DNA of 32,000 bases from Aliivibrio fischeri ES114 (GTDB taxonomy: Bacteria; Pseudomonadota; Gammaproteobacteria; Enterobacterales; Vibrionaceae). Location of the stretch: NCBI RefSeq assembly GCF_000011805.1, contig NC_006841.2, one strand, 5' to 3'. The notes below the pieces were generated by a model that saw only the letters and a list, made by a program, of their open reading frames with translations, made no database searches and was not told where the DNA came from. Both the position numbers and the translations under genes were made by a program. Below, piece after piece: positions 7,578-14,921 of this stretch; within the stretch, counting starts at the first letter, position 1, and the number at the start of each line of letters is the position of its first letter.

Positions 7578-8849
7578 ATGACTCAAACAACAGCTGCGGT
7601 TATTTGTGGTGAAAAAGACATCCAATTAAGAACATTTGAATTACCGTCAATTTCTGCTGATGAATTGCTAGTTAAAAATATTTCAAACAGCGTGTGTTTA
7701 TCAACATACAAAGCGGCATTGCTTGGTAGTAAGCATAAGCGAGTGCCAGAAAATATTGATGAAGTTCCTGTTATTACTGGCCATGAATATGCAGGAGTAA
7801 TTGTTGAAGTTGGTGAGAATTTAAAAGATCAATTTAAAGCTGGAGACTCTTTTGTACTTCAACCTGCAATGGGGTTACCTACGGGGTATTCTGCGGGTTA
7901 TAGTTACGAAACTTTTGGTGGAAATGCAACGTATTCAATTATCCCTAAAATTGCTATCGATTTAGGTTGTGTATTGCCTTATGACGGTTCGTATTACGCA
8001 GATGCTTCTTTGGCTGAGCCAATGTCATGCATTATCGGTGCTTTTCATGCAAGTTATCACACTACACAGTTTGTGTATGAGCATGAAATGGGAATTAAAG
8101 AGGGAGGAACGTTGGCATTACTTGCATGTGCTGGACCTATGGGGATAGGTGCGATTGATTATGCGATTAACGGACCAGTAAAACCAAGACGAATAGTGGT
8201 TACTGATATTGATGAAGATCGTTTATCTCGTGCTGAAAGTTTAATCCCAGTTAGTGCAGCAAAAGCACAGGGTATCGAGTTGATTTATGTCAATACCATT
8301 GAGATGGAAGATCCTGTTACTTACCTTAAATCTCTGAACGATGATCAAGGGTATGATGATGTAATGGTATATGCTGCGGTTGCACAAGTATTAGAGCAAG
8401 CCGATGCACTTCTTGGTAATGATGGTTGTTTGAATTTCTTTGCAGGTCCTACGGATAAAGAGTTTAAAGTGCCATTTAACTTCTATAACGTGCATTATGA
8501 ATCAACGCATATTGTTGGAACGTCTGGTGGTTCTACAGGTGACATGGTGGAGTCTTTGGAACTATCAGCACAAGGTGATATTAATCCTTCTTTTATGATT
8601 ACACATGTTGGAGGCTTACAAGCTGCGCCTCATACCATTTTAAATCAGCTGGATATTCCGGGTGGTAAAAAACTGATTTATCCACATATCGATTTGCCTT
8701 TAACTGCAATTGATAATTTTGCTTCACTTGCAGAACAAGACCCGTTTTTCTCTGAGTTAGATGCGATCTTAGCGAAGAATAACTACGTATGGAATCAACA
8801 TGCAGAAAAAGCATTATTAGAGTTCTATGACGTGAGCTTAAGCGTTTAA
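7578..8849 (+). CDS. yggP: Zn-dependent medium-chain dehydrogenase/reductase, YggP-like (putative sugar/polyol-phosphate dehydrogenase)
   Basis: 423 aa with RBS AGGAG. NSVCLSTYKAALLGSKHKRVPENIDEVPVITGHEYAGVIVEVG...LACAGPMGIGAIDYAING...GTSGGSTGDM...IPGGKKLIYP is colinear with my recollection of E. coli YggP (425 aa). Confidence 0.85.
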   Translation: MTQTTAAVICGEKDIQLRTFELPSISADELLVKNISNSVCLSTYKAALLGSKHKRVPENIDEVPVITGHEYAGVIVEVGENLKDQFKAGDSFVLQPAMGLPTGYSAGYSYETFGGNATYSIIPKIAIDLGCVLPYDGSYYADASLAEPMSCIIGAFHASYHTTQFVYEHEMGIKEGGTLALLACAGPMGIGAIDYAINGPVKPRRIVVTDIDEDRLSRAESLIPVSAAKAQGIELIYVNTIEMEDPVTYLKSLNDDQGYDDVMVYAAVAQVLEQADALLGNDGCLNFFAGPTDKEFKVPFNFYNVHYESTHIVGTSGGSTGDMVESLELSAQGDINPSFMITHVGGLQAAPHTILNQLDIPGGKKLIYPHIDLPLTAIDNFASLAEQDPFFSELDAILAKNNYVWNQHAEKALLEFYDVSLSV

Positions 8850-8862
8850 TTCTATTAACTTT

Positions 8863-8890
8863 ATGTGGTAGCCTCTAGAGGTTACCACAT
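8863..8890. promoter_or_regulatory. 28-bp near-perfect palindrome/hairpin between yggP and the MtlR-family gene
   Basis: ATGTGGTAGCCTC-TA-GAGGTTACCACAT has 13-nt arms with one G.T position. It starts 14 nt after the yggP stop and ends 18 nt before the TTG start at 8908. No U-tract follows. Confidence 0.4.
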
Positions 8891-8907
8891 ACAGAGAGGT
8901 TTAAGCC

Positions 8908-9426
8908 TTGTCACAACATGTTGAATTGTTAGAAACCGTAGAAGAGTGTGATGATGCAACGTCATTTCTTTGTGCTTCTAACAAGTTAATTAATCTCAAA
9001 CTAAAAGCACTATTACCTAATATTTTTGTTCAAGATGAATTGGTGATGGAGTATGCCGTGGAGCCACTTTTAAAAGAAGATGGTCCGCTTGTGACGACTG
9101 ATGTGGTATCTAAATTGATGTTTGCGATGGGGAAAATATCATTAGAAACTTATGCAGATATTGGATTGTACGCCCAAGTTTTAGAATACGCGCAAAGTCA
9201 GCCAAATAAACTGTCATTTGGTGATGATATGATCTATGACTTTATTAGCAATCAAGCGGTATTATCAACACAGCAAGACAGCTTTTATCTTGAGTCAATC
9301 AATCAGTTAAAGTTTTCTTCTTTTGAAGTCTTTTCTCAAATGAGATATGAGTCTCTAATAAAAACCGTTCTCAAACTTTCTTGTGAAATGTTATTAGAAA
9401 AGATAGAAGAGGAAATCACTCAATAA
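8908..9426 (+). CDS. yggD: MtlR/YggD-family regulator (mannitol operon repressor family)
   Basis: 172 aa from a TTG start with RBS GAGAGG 8 nt upstream. The motif EYAVEPLLKEDGPLVTTDVVSKLMFAMGKIS matches the conserved KYAVEPLLDGDGPLGDLSVRLKLIYGLG block of E. coli MtlR/YggD. Confidence 0.8.
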   Translation: MSQHVELLETVEECDDATSFLCASNKLINLKLKALLPNIFVQDELVMEYAVEPLLKEDGPLVTTDVVSKLMFAMGKISLETYADIGLYAQVLEYAQSQPNKLSFGDDMIYDFISNQAVLSTQQDSFYLESINQLKFSSFEVFSQMRYESLIKTVLKLSCEMLLEKIEEEITQ

Positions 9427-9435
9427 GGTTTCCAA

Positions 9436-10170
9436 ATGAAAGTGAATTTAAATGTTAGTGGTTTTGATACCGAAGCGTTTTTTCCAGATAAAGACATCGC
9501 AAAAATTCACAAACCGTTAGTGGAAAAATTTACTCGGTTATATCAAGAGCAAGAAGAACGAATAGTTATTTTTCTTTGCGCTCCCCCAGGAAGTGGTAAG
9601 TCAACATTGGCTGCATTTTGGGAGTATTTATCTCAGCAATCTTCGTCCATTGAACCACTTCAAGTATTGCCATTTGATGGTTTTCATTACACCAATGAAA
9701 TTTTAGAAAGTAATACCACACAACGAAATGGTGAAATCATCTCGTTAAGAAGCATTAAAGGTGGGTTTGAAACGTTCAACCTTACGGATTTGATTCATAA
9801 ATTAAAACAGTTGAAAACACAATCGCCAAAGTGGCCATATTACGATCGTAATTTGCATGACCCTGTTGATGATGCCATTCAGGTTGATAAAAATATCGTG
9901 GTGGTAGAGGGTAATTGGTTATTACTGGATGAGCCAGTTTGGTGTGATTTATATAAGCTTGCAGATTTTACTGTATTTATTGATACGGATGCGGAGTTTT
10001 TAAAAGATAGATTGGTTAATCGTAAAATACGAGGTGGAGTATCAGAAGAGGATGCATTAGCATTTTATGAGAGTTCAGATGCGATAAATGTAGAGAAAGT
10101 ACTTAATCACAGCATTAAAGCTGATTTGAATTTGTATATGAATCAAAATGGATCGTTTGAAATTCAGTAG
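9436..10170 (+). CDS. yggC: P-loop kinase of the YggC / PanK-uridine-kinase-like family
   Basis: 244 aa. VIFLCAPPGSGKSTLAAFWEYLSQQ (Walker A), LPFDGFHY and VVEGNWLLLDE are colinear with E. coli YggC as I recall it. Confidence 0.85.
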   Translation: MKVNLNVSGFDTEAFFPDKDIAKIHKPLVEKFTRLYQEQEERIVIFLCAPPGSGKSTLAAFWEYLSQQSSSIEPLQVLPFDGFHYTNEILESNTTQRNGEIISLRSIKGGFETFNLTDLIHKLKQLKTQSPKWPYYDRNLHDPVDDAIQVDKNIVVVEGNWLLLDEPVWCDLYKLADFTVFIDTDAEFLKDRLVNRKIRGGVSEEDALAFYESSDAINVEKVLNHSIKADLNLYMNQNGSFEIQ

Positions 10171-10179
10171 GAGAGAAAA

Positions 10180-10926
10180 ATGAACGTTGTTGTTGATACA
10201 CACACACATACTCTTGCTAGTGGTCATGCCTATAGCACGATCATTGAAAATGCACGATCTGCACAGAATAAGGGGCTAAAACTTCTTTGTACCACTGATC
10301 ATGCTCCTGAGATGCCGGGAGCCCCCCATTACTGGTATTTCAATAATCAGAGAATTTTGCCCCGCTTTCTTCATCAAGTTGGTATTCTTCGTGGTGTTGA
10401 AGCGAATATATTAAATGTGAAAGGTGAAATAGATTTACCTTCTTCGTCAGATCAACATTTAGATTGGGTTATTGCGAGTTTTCATGAACCTGTATTTGCG
10501 CCCGCAAGTGAAGCCGAACATACTGCCGCTTTACTTAATGTGATAAAAAGTGGCCGTATTGATGTGCTTGGTCATTCAGGAAACCCAAACTATCCGTTTG
10601 ATATTGAACGAGTCCTACAATGTGCAAAAGAACATAACGTTGCGATAGAAGTAAATAATACATCGTTAACAGGAAAAAGCCGTAAAGGAAGTGACGTTCG
10701 TTGCGATAAAATTGTTGAAATAGGTAAAGAGGTTGGTGTGTACTTTACAACAGGATCTGACGCTCATTTTTGTGAGGAAATTGCACGATTAGAGCTGGCA
10801 ATTGCATTGCTTGAAAAATACGAAATCTCAGAAGATAAGATCATTACGACATCGACATCTCGCTTTCTTAATTTTCTCTTGTTAAGAGGAAAGCCAATTA
10901 TTCCAGAATTTGATAGCTTGTATTAA
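10180..10926 (+). CDS. ycdX: PHP-domain metal-dependent phosphatase YcdX
   Basis: 248 aa with RBS GGAG, starting 9 nt after the yggC stop. [16 protein letters not shown]...[16 protein letters not shown]...[10 protein letters not shown]...SFHEPVFAP...GHSGNPNYP...AIEVNNTS...GSDAH match the YcdX/PHP metal-binding His/Asp pattern. Confidence 0.9.
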   Translation: MNVVVDTHTHTLASGHAYSTIIENARSAQNKGLKLLCTTDHAPEMPGAPHYWYFNNQRILPRFLHQVGILRGVEANILNVKGEIDLPSSSDQHLDWVIASFHEPVFAPASEAEHTAALLNVIKSGRIDVLGHSGNPNYPFDIERVLQCAKEHNVAIEVNNTSLTGKSRKGSDVRCDKIVEIGKEVGVYFTTGSDAHFCEEIARLELAIALLEKYEISEDKIITTSTSRFLNFLLLRGKPIIPEFDSLY

Positions 10927-10955
10927 CTGATAAAACTGAACTGCTAATAGACAGT

Positions 10956-10992
10956 AAAAAGCCGATACACATGACGAGTATTGGCTTTCTTA
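10956..10992. terminator. Bidirectional Rho-independent terminator between ycdX and the MFS gene
   Basis: AAAAAGCCGATAC / GTATTGGCTTT form a stem (10 bp including one G.U) around a 9-nt loop. An A-run lies 5' and a T-rich run 3'. It sits between convergent genes. Confidence 0.6.
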
Positions 10993-11014
10993 TTCGTATT
11001 GCCTTGAGACGTAT

Positions 11015-12223
11015 TTACACGCTTTGCAATCTCAGTCTTTCTACTGGTTTATCATTTATTGGTAAATGAATTAATGCTGCACAGAAAGCAAGCACCACTG
11101 TAGACCACCAGATTGGTTCATATGAACCGTAGTAATCGTAAATACGACCACCAGCCCAAGCACCTAAAAAACTGCCTATTTGGTGAGTAAAGAACACTAA
11201 GCCATACAAGGTTGATAAGTAACGAGCACCGAAGATTTGTCGTACTAAACCAGAGGTCAATGGCACAGTGCCTAACCAACAGAAACCAATCGCACCGCCG
11301 AAGATAGCTGCTGTATGTTCTGTTACAGGTAAAGTGACGAATGCACCAATCACAATAGTACGTACAAAATATAATGCGGACATAACATGACGTTTGTTGA
11401 ATTTGTCTCCCATTACACCCCAGAAGTAAGATCCAAAGATATTGAAGATGCCGACATAAGCCAGTGCCATTGCTGCACTTGATGCTGGCAAGTGTTTATC
11501 GGCTAAATAACTTGGTAAATGCGTCGCAATAAACATGACATGGAAGCCACATACAAAGAAACCAGCATGAATTAACCAGTATCCTTTATGTGAAAATGCT
11601 TCTTTTAGAGCTTCAGTAAGGGTTTGAGTATCTTCTATTGCTGCTGTTTGTGAGCTTGGTTTTGCGGTTTTCATAAATAACGCAAAAGCCACCATAAGCG
11701 TACATAACATTGCAAACACTTGCATTGCAATTTGCCAGTTAAAATCGTGTAGCAGCGTTTGTGCGCCAGGGATCATGGCAAACATACCAAATGAACCAGC
11801 GGCTGTCGTTAAGCCAAATGCTTTAGCTGCGTGCTCAGCAGGAACCACTTTTGCTACCGCTCCTAAAATGATCACATAGCTTGTTGCACTTAATCCAAGG
11901 CCAACTAATGCACCAAGAGAGACATAAAGCATACTTGATTCAGTTGTTATAGACGTGAGAGCAAGACCTAATGCATAAGCGATAGCACCAATAATGATAA
12001 TGCGTTTAGAGCCCCATTTGTCAGATGCCATGCCTATAAATGGTTGGAAAATACCAAATAAAAGGTTTTGTAGTGCAATAGCAAAACTGAAAAATTCACG
12101 ACCTGTTTGGAAGTGCTCTGATATTGGCATCATAAAAATGCCGAACGATTGTCTGATCCCTAGACTGATAATTAAAATCCCGATCCCAAGCCATACTAGT
12201 GGTGGAAAACGAAAAATACTCAT
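11015..12223 (-). CDS. MFS transporter (12-TM; oxalate/formate-antiporter / YhjX-like subgroup by appearance), substrate unknown
   Basis: 402 aa that is hydrophobic throughout. It has an MFS-type loop GMASDKWGSKRIIIIG between TM2 and TM3. The start lies 9 nt after the stop of the His-tailed micro-ORF. Confidence 0.85.
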   Translation of the reverse strand: MSIFRFPPLVWLGIGILIISLGIRQSFGIFMMPISEHFQTGREFFSFAIALQNLLFGIFQPFIGMASDKWGSKRIIIIGAIAYALGLALTSITTESSMLYVSLGALVGLGLSATSYVIILGAVAKVVPAEHAAKAFGLTTAAGSFGMFAMIPGAQTLLHDFNWQIAMQVFAMLCTLMVAFALFMKTAKPSSQTAAIEDTQTLTEALKEAFSHKGYWLIHAGFFVCGFHVMFIATHLPSYLADKHLPASSAAMALAYVGIFNIFGSYFWGVMGDKFNKRHVMSALYFVRTIVIGAFVTLPVTEHTAAIFGGAIGFCWLGTVPLTSGLVRQIFGARYLSTLYGLVFFTHQIGSFLGAWAGGRIYDYYGSYEPIWWSTVVLAFCAALIHLPINDKPVERLRLQSV

Positions 12224-12232
12224 AATGTGCTC

Positions 12233-12415
12233 TTAGTGATGGTGGTGAGAATGATGGTGGTTATGATCTTGCCCTGTTTGCTGATGACAACCGCTATTAA
12301 CTGCTTGCTGAGCTAATAAATTTAATAAGGTTGGTGAGTTGTGAACTGCAATTAGACTTAAAACCAATAAAACACTCATTCTGACCAATTGAGCGAAAAT
12401 GGATTGTGAAAACAT
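12233..12415 (-). CDS. Small hydrophobic protein with a C-terminal poly-His tail (putative; function unknown)
   Basis: 60 aa: MFSQSIFAQLVRMSVLLVLSLIAVHNSPTLLNLLAQQAVNSGCHQQTGQDHNHHHSHHHH. Both this ATG and the downstream MFS ATG are preceded by the same TAAGAGC element (TAAGAGCGCAGCATG and TAAGAGCACATTATG), which suggests similar ribosome-binding contexts. I recognise no homolog. Confidence 0.45.
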   Translation of the reverse strand: MFSQSIFAQLVRMSVLLVLSLIAVHNSPTLLNLLAQQAVNSGCHQQTGQDHNHHHSHHHH

Positions 12416-12418
12416 GCT

Positions 12419-12446
12419 GCGCTCTTAGGGTTAAAAATAAGAGCGC
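12419..12446 (-). promoter_or_regulatory. Stable hairpin immediately 5' of the micro-ORF start, sequestering its SD-like AAGAG
   Basis: GCGCTCTTA (12419-12427) and TAAGAGCGC (12438-12446) form a perfect 9-bp stem with a 10-nt loop. On the minus strand the 3' arm ends 3 nt before the ATG at 12415. Confidence 0.4.
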
Positions 12447-12795
12447 GAATAGTATGGAAAGAGACTTGATGAGGCAAATGACCATTTGTAAAGTGGTATA
12501 TGCATTTTTTGCATATATAACGACAATAAGGCTTTTTAATAGTAAATAATGCGTTTATTTTTTCATTTTCACTATTTCATTACATATTTCTTATATTAAA
12601 TTGGTTATTTGTTTAATATATGTTTTTTATTTTAGATATGTATGTTTTTTATATTTAGACCTGTTTTGCTTAAATAGTTGCATAATTTACTGCTTTATTT
12701 AAATAAGTATTGAGCAACAGGATTATATATTAGTAACATTTTTGTGTTAATCACAATTAACGTCAGTTTTTAATATAAATATATGGAATATAAAA

Positions 12796-13569
12796 ATGAA
12801 TAAGATCTTTAAAAAAACGCTATTATGCTGCTCTACAGCAATTGTATTTTCTAGTGCAGCTTCTGCATCTGTTGTTATTCATGAACAGCAAAAAACACCT
12901 GCTTATTTTCAACATGATGGTGTAACTAATACTCAATTGGTAAATGATAGTTTAACGACGATCGTTGCTGATGAACAGTATATGATTTTAGAATCGAATA
13001 ATGTTGATACTGAAACGGGCGGTGCGAACTCTCATACTATTACTGTGTTTGGTTTAACAACGGGCTCTCAAGATACATCAACGGTTAAATATGATGTTAT
13101 CGTTAATGACTATGATCAAGATATCGTTCCTAATTACGTTCTAGGAACAAGTGTGACTGGTACAAAACTGCTAGATGACGCTGGTATTCATATTTACTCA
13201 CCGAGCACTGTTACCCTTGATGGAAAAGAGCTAAATGAAGCTATTGATGCAAGCGCTGGTGCTGCTTCATATAGCTTACCATTAATTGTTGATGGTGAGT
13301 CAGTTGCTGATGTTCAATATAAGATTGAATATGGCAACAACATTATCGTAACTCCAGGAACTAACACACCGTCATATGGTTTGAACCAAGCGGTTACTCC
13401 TGAGCAATTATTTGTAGATTCAGGTGCAACTGTAGATAGTAACGAAGAGGTTGCTATTATTGGTAGTGTGAATACAGCTGAATCAGGTAACCACACGGCT
13501 AATCTAAAAGTGATTGGTTTAACCACAGGTTCTTCTGAAGATATTGCTATTAATTACTCAGTAAATTAA
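12796..13569 (+). CDS. Secreted protein of unknown function with two copies of an Ig-like repeat motif
   Basis: 257 aa with a Sec signal peptide (CCSTAIVFSSAASA/SV). An internal repeat is present: NVDTETGGANSHTITVFGLTTGSQDTSTVKYDVIVN (aa 69-104) versus SVNTAESGNHTANLKVIGLTTGSSEDIAINYSVN (aa 224-257). A terminator follows the gene. Confidence 0.7.
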   Translation: MNKIFKKTLLCCSTAIVFSSAASASVVIHEQQKTPAYFQHDGVTNTQLVNDSLTTIVADEQYMILESNNVDTETGGANSHTITVFGLTTGSQDTSTVKYDVIVNDYDQDIVPNYVLGTSVTGTKLLDDAGIHIYSPSTVTLDGKELNEAIDASAGAASYSLPLIVDGESVADVQYKIEYGNNIIVTPGTNTPSYGLNQAVTPEQLFVDSGATVDSNEEVAIIGSVNTAESGNHTANLKVIGLTTGSSEDIAINYSVN

Positions 13570-13591
13570 TCAAAAGTCATATTTAGAATAT

Positions 13592-13622
13592 AAGCCATGG
13601 TAGAGATATCATGGCTTTTTAT
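13592..13622 (+). terminator. Rho-independent terminator after the secreted-protein gene, shared with the convergent lipoprotein gene
   Basis: AAGCCATG / CATGGCTT form a perfect 8-bp stem with a 10-nt loop, followed by TTTTATTT on the plus strand. Confidence 0.55.
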
Positions 13623-14080
13623 TTGATTTCGCCAACAATAACTTCTTCAACTTTACTGTTTAAGAATAAATTACGTTTAATGATTGGATTGACTGCGGCT
13701 AATGATGCAGAAACACCACTCCACCCTTCAGTATTTGCTTTTAATTCTACATAAGCGACATTATTTTTGATTCTAAAATGCGTCACTCTGCCTGCATCCT
13801 TATAAGTTGCATCGAATATCTCTTGAGCACTTGTTTGAGATAAATCTTTAAATGATGTTTTCGGAATACACTTATTTTTATAAGAGGTCGATTGTAATGG
13901 ATTTGTTCCGCCAATTTGTGAAAACTCAGCCATCGCATTACGATATGCAGAAATATCTTCAGGCAACGACAATATATATTCGTCATTATTACAAGTGACT
14001 GTATTTGAGATTAATTGGGATTCAGGACTACAGCCAGAAAGAAGTGCTAATAATGATATGAACGAAAGAGGTGCTTTCAT
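13619..14080 (-). CDS. Lipoprotein of unknown function
   Basis: 153 aa with an N-terminal lipobox MKAPLSFISLLALLSG/C. The C-terminal half (NNVAYVELKANTEGWSGVSASLAAVNPIIKRNL...VEEVIV) is vaguely GerMN-like. That assignment is a weak impression only. Confidence 0.7.
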   Translation of the reverse strand: MKAPLSFISLLALLSGCSPESQLISNTVTCNNDEYILSLPEDISAYRNAMAEFSQIGGTNPLQSTSYKNKCIPKTSFKDLSQTSAQEIFDATYKDAGRVTHFRIKNNVAYVELKANTEGWSGVSASLAAVNPIIKRNLFLNSKVEEVIVGEIK

Positions 14081-14369
14081 TTTTGATTTTCTGCAAGTTA
14101 GTTATAAGTATATTTAGTTAGTTTATAGAATAAACTGTCAAAAAGGTGTCTTTATTTTGATAATTATGGAAGCGAGTGCAGATTTTATAGGATTTGGTAT
14201 CCATATAGAAGATATTTATATATTTATTATTCGAATGTAATTTCAAATCCTATTTTTATTATCTATTTTGCCTTGTTATGCACTTTATTTTTTGATCTCC
14301 TTATCTGTACGAGTATTGGTAAATTTTCTATTTTTTCCTACACTTAAATGAGTATAAAAAGGAGTGTTT

Positions 14370-14903
14370 ATGAAAGGGATTATTTTTTCAGAGTTTTTAG
14401 AGTTAGTTGAAGATAAATTTGGGTTAGAAGTTTGTCAGCAAATGTTGGATGAAAATAATGATGAAGGGGCTTACACCGCTGTTGGTACTTATGATCACAA
14501 GCATTTGGTAAAACTCATTATATCATTGAGTAAAGTCACTGGCGTAAGCATTGAAGATTTACAGCAAGTGTATGGAAAGTCAGTTTTTCTTACTTTATTT
14601 CAAAGCATGCCAGAGTTAGATGGACAGGCATTAAATACGTTTGAATTTATCAAACAAGTAGAAAGCTACATTCACTTAGAAGTGAAGAAGTTATACGCTG
14701 AAGCGAACCCTCCGCGTTTTAAGTTTATATCAAGTACAGAGACCGAAATGGTAATGGATTATATCTCTGCTCGTTGTTTCTCTCATGTTTGTTTTGGATT
14801 GATTTTAGGTTGTGCAGAACATTTTAATGAGATAATCGATATTCAGATGACTCCTGTTTTAGATGATGGTTCTCAAGTTCGTTTTACCTTAACTAAATCA
14901 TAA
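14370..14903 (+). CDS. hnoX: H-NOX (heme nitric oxide/oxygen binding) sensor protein
   Basis: ATG 14370 lies 6 nt after AAAAAGGAG; the ORF track starts 2 codons earlier at a GTG. The N-terminus MKGIIFSEFLELVEDKFG is typical of H-NOX. A candidate proximal His is present (YIHLEVKK), as is the heme-propionate YxSxR motif (YISAR). Confidence 0.85.
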   Translation: MKGIIFSEFLELVEDKFGLEVCQQMLDENNDEGAYTAVGTYDHKHLVKLIISLSKVTGVSIEDLQQVYGKSVFLTLFQSMPELDGQALNTFEFIKQVESYIHLEVKKLYAEANPPRFKFISSTETEMVMDYISARCFSHVCFGLILGCAEHFNEIIDIQMTPVLDDGSQVRFTLTKS

Positions 14904-14921
14904 ACGATTAAGGCGGGATAA

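Noticed and set aside
12297-12485. A 62-aa ORF overlapping the His-tailed micro-ORF in another frame.
   Set aside because: It would have to be translated straight through the 9-bp GC hairpin, it has no SD-like element, and it ends inside the other ORF. The His-tail frame shares its TAAGAGC-N8-ATG context with the MFS gene. This remains unresolved without conservation data.
12743-12755. A CRP-like TGTGT-TAA-TCACA palindrome upstream of the secreted-protein gene.
   Set aside because: The half-site spacing is 3 nt rather than 6 nt, so it cannot be a canonical CRP site. It is a short palindrome in AT-rich DNA.
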